The notes under the pieces: model-generated | The model's database searches: none | The model's input: the letters and a program-made list of their open reading frames with translations, nothing else | Told to the model about the DNA's origin: nothing | Position numbers and translations under genes: made by a program | Source of the DNA: Okeania sp. | Lineage (GTDB): Bacteria; Cyanobacteriota; Cyanobacteriia; Cyanobacteriales; Microcoleaceae | Reading direction: 5' to 3' | Assembly: GCF_035285525.1 (NCBI RefSeq) | Contig: NZ_JAYKGW010000019.1 | Span: forward strand, 1 to 32,000 | DNA: 32,000 nt | Shown here: one piece after another, positions 24,291 through 32,000 of the stretch | Numbering within the stretch: the stretch's first letter is position 1 | Layout: every line of letters begins with the position of its first letter

Positions 24291-24812
24291 ATGAAAAAAA
24301 TAGCTTTATTAATTGGAATTAGTGAATACTTCTCAGACTCTTTTAAAAATTTGCCTAGTACCCTGAAAGATGTTGAGGCAATGAAGGAAGTTTTAGATAA
24401 TTCTCAAATGGGAGACTTTGATGAAACGAAGGTGTTACAAAACTCTCACCGCCAAGAGATAGAACTGGCAATTTATGAATTGTTTGCTGACCGGAATCAG
24501 GATGATGTTTTATTGCTTTATTTTTCTGGTCATGGAGTTTTAAGTAGAGAAAGTAATCTATTGTTAGCTACTCCTATAACTGACAAAAGTGAACGGGATA
24601 TTATTAGGCCGACTGCTGTAGCTGCTAGTTTTCTACAAAGTGAAATTAACAATAGTCTTTCCGAGCGTCTAGTTGTTATTCTTGACTGTTGTTATAGTAG
24701 CACATTTACTAAAGGAATGAATGTTAAAGGAGATAAAAAAATAGACATTCCGCCAGAATCTCTAACTATTCCACCCATAGTATCAGTCATCAGTAATAGA
24801 TTTAAAGTTTAA
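24291..24812 (+). CDS. Caspase-like (peptidase C14, orthocaspase) p20 domain protein, C-terminally truncated
   Basis: IALLIGISEY is followed by the catalytic His context LLYFSGHG and the Cys context VVILDCCYS. After KGMNVKGDKKIDI the sequence loses family resemblance and stops at about 173 aa. AAGGAG lies 8 nt upstream of the ATG at 24291, whereas the ORF track starts at a TTG at 24288. Confidence 0.82.
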   Translation: MKKIALLIGISEYFSDSFKNLPSTLKDVEAMKEVLDNSQMGDFDETKVLQNSHRQEIELAIYELFADRNQDDVLLLYFSGHGVLSRESNLLLATPITDKSERDIIRPTAVAASFLQSEINNSLSERLVVILDCCYSSTFTKGMNVKGDKKIDIPPESLTIPPIVSVISNRFKV

Positions 24813-25139
24813 TGAAACTACCCCAACCTGTAATTATTCCTGATGAAAAACTGACTAAATACTTATTAGTATATCAATAACAAGATGACAAATCAAAATT
24901 GATTTTACAACCAGGTTTTACTCCTGAAAATTCCGAACAACTAAAAAAACAGTATTCTGCAATTAGTTTTTACTACAGAAGCAATAGTAGATAGAACTAA
25001 TAAATACGGTACATTTTACAGAGTAGAAGGTATAATAACTCGGGTTAATAACAGAAATTTAGCAGTTATTACCATCTGGTTACAACGAAAAGCAGATAAT
25101 CAAACTCAATTTATTACTCTAATACCACTTAAAAGATAA
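24812..25139 (+). pseudogene. DUF6883-like pseudogene
   Basis: MKLPQPVIIPDEKLTKYLLVYQ-TAA(24878-24880)-QDDKSKLILQPGFTPENSEQLKK, then a +1 shift at an A7 run (24943-24949), then ILQLVFTTEAIVDRTNKYGTFYRVEGIITRVNNRNLAVITIWLQRKADNQTQFITLIPLKR-stop. The ATG overlaps the caspase stop (TAATG). Confidence 0.68.
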
Positions 25140-25147
25140 AACTACCA

Positions 25148-25390
25148 ATGCTTGAATTATACCAACGTATTTCTCTAACCAAAGACTTCCCAGAATATAA
25201 CCTTAAAAAAGGCGATATTGCCATGTTAATTGATACAGTACCTCACCCAGAAGGAGGAGAAAATGGTTATATATTAGAAGTATTTAATGCCGTAGGAGAA
25301 TCTATTAATCTAATTATCGTACCTATCTCTGCTGTTGAACCTTTGAAACAAGATGAAATTTTATCTGTTCGTTCCTTAGTGGAAATATAG
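25148..25390 (+). CDS. DUF4926 domain protein
   Basis: MLELYQRISLTKDFPEYNLKKGDIAMLIDTVPHPEGGENGYILEVFNAVGESINLIIVP matches my memory of DUF4926, the usual partner of DUF6883. Confidence 0.78.
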   Translation: MLELYQRISLTKDFPEYNLKKGDIAMLIDTVPHPEGGENGYILEVFNAVGESINLIIVPISAVEPLKQDEILSVRSLVEI

Positions 25391-25623
25391 CAACTCTCAT
25401 AGTTATGAACTAAATTTATAATCCCCCTAAATCTTCCTTTGAAAGGAAGACTTTTTCTTAACTCCAGGGGAGATTTATACCAATGCATGAGGATGGTGAG
25501 GTAAACTTAAGACCTACTGCAGTTCAGCCTTTGTTTGCTGTAACAACCACGGAAGGTTGTGTTACTAAAATTACTAAATAAAATTTTGTACCTCACGGGC
25601 TTCCGAAATTGCTATAACACTAT

Positions 25624-25935
25624 ATGTTCAAAGATATTATTGCAGTTAACCATCAAGAAAACTATCTACTTTATCTTAAATTTGAAGATGGTAAAAACGG
25701 AATTGTAGATATTAGTAAGCTAATAGAATTTACCGGAATATTTGCTAAATTACAAGACATAAATTCTTTTAAAACCGTCAAACTCAATCCAGAATGGGGA
25801 ACAATTTATTGGGAAAATGGTGCAGATTTAGATCCAGATGTTTTGTATTCTATTATCGCCAATGAACCAATTCCTAAATTGTCTCTAGAACAACAAAATA
25901 TCAAACTATTAAACCTTTTAAAAAAAAATAAATAA
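25624..25935 (+). CDS. DUF2442 domain protein
   Basis: IIAVNHQENYLLYLKFEDGKNGIVDISKLIEFTGIFAKLQD...FKTVKLNPEWGTIYWENGADLDPDVLY is the typical DUF2442 pattern. I do not see the usual DUF4160 partner upstream. Confidence 0.78.
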   Translation: MFKDIIAVNHQENYLLYLKFEDGKNGIVDISKLIEFTGIFAKLQDINSFKTVKLNPEWGTIYWENGADLDPDVLYSIIANEPIPKLSLEQQNIKLLNLLKKNK

Positions 25936-26019
25936 GGAGAAATTAATTAATGATTCAAAAATATCTACAAAAAGCTTTTCAGTTATCAGTTATCAGCAAG
26001 AGGTTGAAAGTTTATTATA

Positions 26020-26056
26020 ATGCTGGAATTATACCAACGAATTTACTTAACCAAAA
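26020..26056 (+). pseudogene. 5' fragment of a second DUF4926 gene, cut off by the 101-bp repeat array
   Basis: atgctggaattataccaacgaatttacttaaccaaa (MLELYQRIYLTK) parallels atgcttgaattataccaacgtatttctctaaccaaa at 25148. Similarity ends where gtaggttgggtt begins at 26057. Confidence 0.65.
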
Positions 26057-26590
26057 GTAGGTTGGGTTAAGCGACAGCGCAACCCAACAAAAATGTGAAT
26101 TTATTAACATAAAATATGTGTTGGGTTTCGTGACTCAACCCAACCTACGAAATACTTATTTTTTATTATTAGGAATTATGTCACCCAACAAAAATGTAAA
26201 TTTATTAATATCAAATATGTGTTGGGTTTCGTGACTCAACCCAACCTACGAAATGCTGATTTTTTATTATTAGTAATTATGTAACCCAACAAAAATGTAA
26301 ATTTACTAACATAAAATATGTGTTGGGTTTCCTTCCTTAACCCAACCTACGAAATACTTATTTTTTATTATTAGGAATTATGTCACCCAACAAAAATGTG
26401 AATTTATTAATATCAAATATGTGTTGGGTTTCGTGACTCAACCCAACCTACGAAATGCTGATTTTTTATTATTAGTAATTATGTCACCCAACAAAAATGT
26501 GAATTTATTAATATCAAATATGTGTTGGGTTTCGTGACTCAACCCAACCTACGAAATGCTGATTTTTTATTATTAGGAATTATGTAACTC
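26057..26590. repeat. Tandem array of 5 copies of a 101-bp unit built from AACCCAAC / GTTGGGTT palindromic modules
   Basis: CCCAACAAAAATGT starts at 26083, 26184, 26285, 26386 and 26487, an exact 101-nt period. Each unit reads acccaaca-(AT-rich about 31 nt)-tgttgggtt-tcgtgactc-aacccaacctac-gaaatgctgattttttattattag.aattatgt. Confidence 0.92.
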
Positions 26591-26620
26591 ATTTTAGATT
26601 AATTAGAGTAAACAGATATT

Positions 26621-26820
26621 GTCATTGCGAAGTGGTTATCAACAAGTTAAGCTTTAAATAAAAGTATTAAGTGAGCCGAACCAATCTCTTTCTTGATATA
26701 TATTATAAATGATAATATAGAGAGAGTTTATTCCAGTAAACTTTAGTTAGCAAGATTGCTTCAGAGGCATACTTGAGAGAACATTCAAACAACTTTTTCT
26801 ACCTCCCCTCGCAATGACAA
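26621..26820. repeat. Two GTCATTGCGA(A/G)G...(A/C)CAATCTC modules in inverted orientation
   Basis: tgtcattgcgaagtggttatcaacaagttaagctttaaataaaagtattaagtgagccgaaccaatctc is homologous to 23347-23420. The inverted partner is gcaagattgcttcagagg...cctcgcaatgaca at about 26752-26820. Confidence 0.75.
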
Positions 26821-26866
26821 ATGGGTAAATTTTATGCAGGGATATTGAACTTTTAAAAGAGCAATC

Positions 26867-26914
26867 TTCCCCCCCTTCCCTTGCAGGGAAGGGGGCTGGG
26901 GGGTTAGGTTTTTT
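26867..26914. repeat. Left-arm module of the G/C-armed MITE family, reverse orientation, abutting the pentapeptide gene stop
   Basis: cttcccccccttcccttgcagggaagggggctggggggttaggtttttt is the reverse complement of the aaaaacctaacccccc...ccttccctgc.agggaaggggg arm seen at 4372-4417. Confidence 0.8.
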
Positions 26915-26916
26915 AC

Positions 26917-27918
26917 CTAATAAACCTTCCCATCCGGCATAGTTGCACCAGTCAGAATGGCATCCTGTAAATCAACCCCTACCATCTTCGCATCTCGCAA
27001 ACTAGCACCCCGCAAATCCGCCCCCCGCAAATTAACACCATCTAAATTTGCACCCCATAAATACGCTCCTTGCAAATTAGCACCACTCAAATCTGCTCCA
27101 GTGAGATTGGCTAAATTCATATTTGCTCCACTTAAATCAGCATTCCGCAAATCCGTTTCACTTAAGTTAGTCTTCATTAAGTTAGCTTCGTGAAATTGAC
27201 TACCGATGAGATTACCATGATGCAAATCTGCTTTTTTCAGGTTTGCTTCACCTAATTTTGTCCGACGTAAAAAAGCAAAACTGAGATCACTTCCACTTAA
27301 GTTAGCACCTTGCAAACTAGCACCGCTCAACTTAACTTCACTAAGATTCATATTACTGAAATCAATTCTCTCTAACTGCAAACCATTCAAATAAGCACCA
27401 CTAAGTTTGATTCCAGTTAATTGTGCGCCCTGAAGATTAGCTCCACTTAACCTTGCTCCACTAAGGTTAGCCCAATTTAAGTTTGCTCCTTCTAAGTTAG
27501 CGCAACGGAAGTTAATGCCATTGAGATTCGAACCACACAAATTAACTTTTGGTAAATTAGCTCGAAATAGACTTACTGAAGTAAGTATGGCACCACTGAG
27601 TTTAGCTCCACTTAAATCTGCTTTTGGAAGTTGAGCACCTTGAAGATTAGCTTTAGTCAAATCTGCTTCTATGAGTTGACTTTCCTTGAGCTTGACAAAA
27701 GTTAAATCTGTACCATATAAAAAAGCTCCGTTTAAGTTAGCGCTGACAAGAAAACAACGCTTCAGGTGCGCTCTCGCTAAGGAAGCATCCATCAGATTAG
27801 CACCAGATAAATTAGCAGAAATAAGTTTAGCGCCAATTAAATTAGCAGATTTGAGATTATAACCCCGAAAATCTCTTTCTCCTTTGAGATATAGTTTTAA
27901 TAATTCATTCTCTTTCAT
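26917..27918 (-). CDS. Pentapeptide repeat protein
   Basis: 333 aa, almost entirely A(D/N)LxG-type pentapeptides (ANLSGANLQGAQLTG and similar), with a short non-repeat N-terminus MKENELLKLYLKGERDFRG. Confidence 0.95.
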   Translation of the reverse strand: MKENELLKLYLKGERDFRGYNLKSANLIGAKLISANLSGANLMDASLARAHLKRCFLVSANLNGAFLYGTDLTFVKLKESQLIEADLTKANLQGAQLPKADLSGAKLSGAILTSVSLFRANLPKVNLCGSNLNGINFRCANLEGANLNWANLSGARLSGANLQGAQLTGIKLSGAYLNGLQLERIDFSNMNLSEVKLSGASLQGANLSGSDLSFAFLRRTKLGEANLKKADLHHGNLIGSQFHEANLMKTNLSETDLRNADLSGANMNLANLTGADLSGANLQGAYLWGANLDGVNLRGADLRGASLRDAKMVGVDLQDAILTGATMPDGKVY

Positions 27919-28158
27919 ATTGTTCGCATCCTTATTAGTTGAAGTGATTTGTGACTATTAACATCCTCCCGACCCTGCTCTACCTGAGAAACTGACAATG
28001 GAAATTAGCTTCGGTTAAATAAATTGACTCTCCTGAAATTAGCTAAATTAAAATTTACCTCTATAAATTATTAAAACTCAAAATATCAAAAAAACACCGC
28101 ACTAATACTTTTCTTAGCTTAACCACAGCTTTGTTAATATTTTCTGTTAACAAAAATT

Positions 28159-28208
28159 AGGACTTACGCAAATAAAACTGTTTTTTTCAGTTCACCTGCG
28201 TAAGTCCT
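28159..28208. repeat. Complete AGGACTTACGCA / TGCGTAAGTCCT palindromic element (12-bp perfect arms, 26-nt loop)
   Basis: aggacttacgcaaataaaactgtttttttcagttcacctgcgtaagtcct lies downstream of ispF. Half-sites occur at 5872 and 20988, and cargo-bearing versions at 1134-1200 and 7389-7480. Confidence 0.85.
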
Positions 28209-28274
28209 GATATCAAAAAATTTGTACTTCATAATACTTAGAATCCGCTGTCAAATATCAACAGCTAAAAGTTA

Positions 28275-28760
28275 CTAACCTTCATATTTCTGTAGCAAAA
28301 CCACTGCATAAGCAGCAATACCTTCTTCTCTACCGACAGGACCTAATTTTTCATTTGTAGTAGCTTTAATACTAACTTGATTTTCCTCTAGTTCTAAAGT
28401 AGTAGCAAGGCGCGATCGCATCTTCTCTATATGTGGTTTGAGTTTAGGACGTTCTGCCACTACTACTGAGTCAATATTACTAATTTTCCAGCAAGCAGCA
28501 TGAACTAAATGATTGACACGGTTCAACAAATCTATACTATCAGCTCCAGCCCATTTGGGATCGCTCGGAGGAAAATAATGGCCAATATCACCCAAACTGA
28601 GAGCGCCTAACATGGCATCCATAATAGCATGGGTCAAAACATCTGCATCGCTATGGCCAATCAGTCCCATTTCATGGTCAATTTTGATTCCTCCCAGAAT
28701 CAATGGTCTTTCTAGCCCCAATTTGTGAATATCGTAGCCATTACCTATGCGAAGGTTCAT
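28275..28760 (-). CDS. ispF: 2-C-methyl-D-erythritol 2,4-cyclodiphosphate synthase
   Basis: [14 protein letters not shown]...[29 protein letters not shown] with a length of 161 aa. Confidence 0.95.
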   Translation of the reverse strand: MNLRIGNGYDIHKLGLERPLILGGIKIDHEMGLIGHSDADVLTHAIMDAMLGALSLGDIGHYFPPSDPKWAGADSIDLLNRVNHLVHAACWKISNIDSVVVAERPKLKPHIEKMRSRLATTLELEENQVSIKATTNEKLGPVGREEGIAAYAVVLLQKYEG

Positions 28761-28871
28761 ATTCTTAATTATTATTTAATAGAAAATAATTGTTTAACTA
28801 TTGTATAGTATATCCTGCTATGTAAAAGCAGCGTTTTTGGGAATTAATTTTATTAGTATTAGAGGTAAGTT

Positions 28872-29192
28872 GTGAACATTTCATTCACTCAAAAAGTAGC
28901 ATTCACTGATAACTTTTTTCTAGCAGAAGATGAGGGAGGAATTTTTGTTGTTAATGCTGAAAATAAAGGTGAAGATTTTCTGTTAGATGATGTAGCTGCT
29001 CAAATGTTGTTTGCTTTAATAGGAGCTGAGTCTATTCAAGAAGCTTATGAGGATATTTTAGAATTTGAACAAGTCGATCCAGAAGTGTTGAGAAATGATT
29101 TGTTAGAATATATTGAAGATTTAGTAAATGATGGAATTGTGAAAATTATTGACCAGAAAGGTAGTTTTTATGATGAAGATACAGATTCTTGA
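28872..29192 (+). CDS. PqqD-family-like small acidic protein (possible RiPP recognition element fold)
   Basis: GIFVVNAENKGEDFLLDDVAAQMLFALIGAESIQEAYEDILEFEQVDPEVLRNDLLEYIEDLVNDGIV follows the PqqD pattern as I recall it (L-N-x-x-a-x-x-i-w-x-l ... eyd-V-d-x-e-x-l-x-x-D-l-x-x-f-l-x-x-L-x-x-x-g-l-i). The start is GTG and is divergent from ispF. Confidence 0.55.
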   Translation: MNISFTQKVAFTDNFFLAEDEGGIFVVNAENKGEDFLLDDVAAQMLFALIGAESIQEAYEDILEFEQVDPEVLRNDLLEYIEDLVNDGIVKIIDQKGSFYDEDTDS

Positions 29193-29464
29193 AGTCATTT
29201 CAGTTATTAGTTATCAGTTATCAGTACCAACCGCTGACACATCTGTATTGAAATAATAAAGTTGATTTTTTTTATGCCCTTTTATTCAAGGGTAGGAAAC
29301 TTGATTTTTTCGTCAGAAGTTAAATTTAGGAAGAGCGATAATTCCTGAACCAGCTTAGTAATTGCTATATATAAAATCTGGTTATATTATATGTTGATAA
29401 TTCTATCATTACTTTAATATTTAATAGCCCCATCAACCCCAGATTAGTAAACGCATTGATAAAT

Positions 29465-29899
29465 CTAATTCAACTTTTCAGTATTACCTCCTGACACCCA
29501 CCCTGTACGATTACTATCATCATCTACCCGAACTTTTTGCCATTTCTTATCAGAACTTTCCTCCAAAACTATAACTTTTTCTTGATAAGAAACACCTCCT
29601 ATCCGATTAGCATTTTTACTAGGAGTGTCGCGGAGAATCAAACCAATAGGTTCTACCACAGTTGCTCTATAAGTCCCAGGATCTAATTGCTTTTTTGATT
29701 TTGTATTGTTAGTTGGAGTTGGTTTAGGAGACGTACTAGCTTTTTGGACTATAGGTTTATCATTCTGGAAAATTGGTCTTTCAGGCATTTTTGTTAGTTT
29801 AGCTGCAAAATAGAGAACTGCTGCTGCGCTAGCTCCAGCTAATAAAAGTATTGCTAAAATAAACCCTACTAAAAATTTGAAGAATCCATAAAAATTCAT
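29465..29899 (-). CDS. Membrane-anchored SH3b (SH3_3) domain protein
   Basis: An N-terminal TM helix (FLVGFILAILLLAGASAAAVLYFAA) and a low-complexity linker are followed by an SH3-like C-terminus: YRATVVEPIGLILRDTPSKNANRIGGVSYQEKVIVLEESSDKKWQKVRV..SNRTGWV. Confidence 0.7.
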   Translation of the reverse strand: MNFYGFFKFLVGFILAILLLAGASAAAVLYFAAKLTKMPERPIFQNDKPIVQKASTSPKPTPTNNTKSKKQLDPGTYRATVVEPIGLILRDTPSKNANRIGGVSYQEKVIVLEESSDKKWQKVRVDDDSNRTGWVSGGNTEKLN

Positions 29900-29990
29900 A
29901 ACTTTTCAGTTTTTTTCAAAAGTTAAAATAAAAATAATTTGGCATCTAAAATATAGTACAACTATTTGTGGAGGTAGGGAGTAGGGAGTC

Positions 29991-30027
29991 GTAGGGACGT
30001 TGCATAACAAAAATGCGAACGTCCGTA
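29991..30027. repeat. Long-loop copy of the GTAGGGACGTTGCAT palindromic family, preceded by TAGGGAG heptamers
   Basis: gtagggacgttgcataacaaaaatgcgaacgtccgta. The upstream gtagggagtagggagtc is the reverse complement of the CCCTACT heptamer. Confidence 0.75.
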
Positions 30028-30227
30028 TTAGGGGAGTTACAGAGGAAATAGTTGAAAAAATAGTTTCTTAATTTTTCTGTCCTAGTCAACCTAAAATGGT
30101 AAGATGTCTGAACCTAAGCAAGCTAAAAAGTTGCACTTTTACGCTTCCCGATAAATCATACCCTAAAAAGACTGAAATCTTTATCTATAAATATTTTTAG
30201 ATTTAATCATCCAGCCTTACTTACTTG

Positions 30228-31727
30228 CTATAACTTATTTTTAAAATTATCATATCTGGAAGCAAGACGTGCTTTACCTAATGCTGCCCAGTCTTGTAAA
30301 AACTTAATTTGTGCTTCTGCAGTTCTCGCTAAAGGAATAATTTGACTAGCAGATTCCAAAATATCCTCATTAGTAAACTCACGATTTTGACTAAACCCAA
30401 TGTGCATAGCTTCTATTAAAGATTGTTCTATTTCCGCACCAGAAAAATCAGGAGTTTCATAAGCTAATCTATCTGTATTATAATTCCTAATATTATGAGG
30501 TCTTAACCTAGATAAATGTACTTCAAAAATAGCCTTTCTCTCTTCCTGGTTAGGTAAACCTACAAAAAATATTTCATCAAACCTACCTTTTCGCAATATC
30601 TCCGGTGGTAAAGATTCAATATTATTAGCAGTAGCTACCACAAACACAGGAGATATTTTTTCAGCTAACCAAGTAATAAAAGTACCAAAAACCCGACTCG
30701 TAGTCCCCGCATCCCCTTGACTTTTAAACCCGGCAAAACCTTTATCTATTTCATCAATCCACAAAACACAAGGGGCCAAAGCTTCCGCAATAGAAATCAT
30801 TTGTCGGGTACGAGACTCCGACTCTCCCACCAAACCTCCAAATAAACGGCCTACATCCAAACGTAATAAAGGTAAATGCCAATGATGAGCGATCGCCTTA
30901 GCGGTAAGAGATTTTCCTGTACCCTGGATTCCTACTAAAAGTAAACCTCTGGGATGGGGCAAACCATATTGTCTAGCTCGTGCAGAAAATCCTCCTCCCC
31001 GTCGCAATAACCAATCTTTCAAATTATCCAAACCTCCAATATCGGAAATATTTTCACGAGCAGGATAAAAATCTAATATTTGAGTCTGCCGAATAGTTTG
31101 TCGTTTTTCCTCTAAAATTAAATCAACATCATTAATCTGTAATTCTCCGTGGGTAGCGATCGCCTTAGCCAAAACTCTTCTAATTCTTTCAATAGATAAT
31201 CCTTGAGCTGCCCTAACTACTTCATCTAATAAACGTTTCTCTAAATTTTGACCCATTGCCACTAAAAGACGTTCTACTTCTTGAGCAATTTCTTGACTAT
31301 TTGGTAAAGGAAATTCTATGATGGTAATAACCTCTGTTAAGTCATCTGGCACATATATTTCCGGAGCTAAAATAACAATATTTTTCGGTTGAGATTTTAA
31401 CTTTTTTGCCAAATTTCTTAGCTTTCTCGAAATAGAAATATCTTCCAAAAACCTTTGAAAATCACGCAATATAAAAATAGCGGGTGCTGATTCCGGCAGC
31501 TTTTCTATAAGTTCTAAACCTTGAAGAGGATTTCTTTTGCCAAAACCTTTATCATTAGGATTATTTTGATATCCTTCCACAAAATCCCAAATATATACTG
31601 CTCTATTACCTTGTTTTTTAGCTGATTCAGTAATAGCATTTTCTACTCGTTCTTCTTCCCTTGTCTGGATATAAATTATTGAGTATCGCGAACGTAATAG
31701 TAGTTCAAATTCTGCTTGAAAATTCAT
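30228..31727 (-). CDS. ycf46: AAA+ ATPase, Ycf46-like
   Basis: 499 aa with the N-terminus MNFQAEFELLLRSRYSIIYIQTREEERVE, as I recall for cyanobacterial and plastid Ycf46. It has a single AAA module with Walker A GIQGTGKS, Walker B VLWIDEID and a second region of homology ATAN. Confidence 0.82.
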   Translation of the reverse strand: MNFQAEFELLLRSRYSIIYIQTREEERVENAITESAKKQGNRAVYIWDFVEGYQNNPNDKGFGKRNPLQGLELIEKLPESAPAIFILRDFQRFLEDISISRKLRNLAKKLKSQPKNIVILAPEIYVPDDLTEVITIIEFPLPNSQEIAQEVERLLVAMGQNLEKRLLDEVVRAAQGLSIERIRRVLAKAIATHGELQINDVDLILEEKRQTIRQTQILDFYPARENISDIGGLDNLKDWLLRRGGGFSARARQYGLPHPRGLLLVGIQGTGKSLTAKAIAHHWHLPLLRLDVGRLFGGLVGESESRTRQMISIAEALAPCVLWIDEIDKGFAGFKSQGDAGTTSRVFGTFITWLAEKISPVFVVATANNIESLPPEILRKGRFDEIFFVGLPNQEERKAIFEVHLSRLRPHNIRNYNTDRLAYETPDFSGAEIEQSLIEAMHIGFSQNREFTNEDILESASQIIPLARTAEAQIKFLQDWAALGKARLASRYDNFKNKL

Positions 31728-31869
31728 AATATTTTTTCAGTATAAAAAAAACTTTCTCCCTTCTTACTTTTTTTTCCATCTGATTTTCTTCATTAGTTTA
31801 TTAGAAGTTCAGGAAAAAAATTTCCTTTTTTCTACAATACTAACTAATATCATGTGTAGATATAAAAAT

Positions 31870-31990
31870 CCTAAATAGGTTGTAAGATTTTATAAATGCG
31901 GGGTGTTGGTCTCCAAACCAAAAAAAACCCAGATTTGGAGACCAAACCCCTACAGTTTTCTCTCACAAATCATTCCTGATTCGTATAATT
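31870..31990. repeat. Second full copy of the about 120-bp element seen at 20865-20990
   Basis: cctaaataggttgtaagatttt...ggtctccaaacc...tttggagaccaaacccctacagttttctctcacaaatcatt, in the same orientation as the 20.9-kb copy. Confidence 0.8.
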
Positions 31991-32000
31991 AGTTATTAAG

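Noticed and set aside
25484-25582. 33-codon ORF (MHEDGEVNLRPTAVQPLFAVTTTEGCVTKITK) upstream of DUF2442, considered as a DUF4160 partner remnant
   Set aside because: It shows no resemblance to the DUF4160 N-terminal pattern I recall (MP.IS.FYGI.I.MY..DH.PPHFHA). There is no ribosome-binding site, and part of it derives from a repeat.
25951-26061. 36-codon ORF MIQKYLQKAFQLSVISKRLKVYYNAGIIPTNLLNQK with AAGGAG upstream
   Set aside because: The AAGGAG overlaps the DUF2442 stop region. The ORF runs through a TTATCAG heptamer array and, out of frame, through the DUF4926 fragment. It is more simply explained as chance.
26957-27193. 78-aa plus-strand ORF inside the pentapeptide-repeat gene
   Set aside because: It is antisense to a highly periodic 15-nt repeat gene, so it stays open by periodicity. 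Its product is low-complexity (KSAPRKLAP...). The minus-strand gene is the convincing one.
29273-29347. 24-codon ORF (MPFYSRVGNLIFSSEVKFRKSDNS) as a candidate RiPP precursor for the PqqD-like protein
   Set aside because: It has no ribosome-binding site, lies in a T-rich spacer, has no recognisable leader or core features, and has no modifying enzyme nearby.

Overview
The window looks like chromosomal DNA from a filamentous, probably heterocyst-forming (Nostocales-like) cyanobacterium. Supporting signs: it is AT-rich, has 12 HIP1 octamers (GCGATCGC), many STRR-type heptamer arrays and a dense set of small palindromic MITE-like repeats between genes, and it carries an xisH/xisI pair plus Ycf46-like and CPP1-like genes. 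I support about 22 intact CDS. These are xisI and xisH, a stand-alone FAAL-ACP-thioesterase, birA, pgeF, a CPP1-like J-like membrane protein, and two orphan family-5 ABC substrate-binding lipoproteins. Also present are a zinc-ribbon membrane protein, a small vWA protein, a 1050-aa GAF-LOV-PAS-GAF-GAF histidine kinase with a divergent CheY-like receiver, and a truncated caspase-like protein. The remainder are DUF4926, DUF2442, a pentapeptide-repeat protein, ispF, a PqqD-like protein, an SH3b protein, a Ycf46-like AAA ATPase and one hypothetical protein. There is one tRNA-Gln(UUG) and at least five pseudogenes or gene fragments. I see no rRNA, CRISPR array, transposase, integrase or prophage genes. 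I do not see a convincing intact multi-gene system of a new kind. The most interesting items are: (1) the FAAL-ACP-TE tridomain with no PKS/NRPS partners, carrying a dispersed 28-nt palindrome in frame; (2) the LOV-containing multi-sensor kinase; (3) a decayed caspase/DUF6883/DUF4926/DUF2442 conflict-type island at 23.8-26.1 kb; (4) a 101-bp x5 tandem array of alternative hairpins that truncates a gene fragment; (5) direct evidence of repeat mobility (nested insertion, internal module amplification, modular palindromes). All family assignments come from motif recognition by eye and memory. No searches were run.
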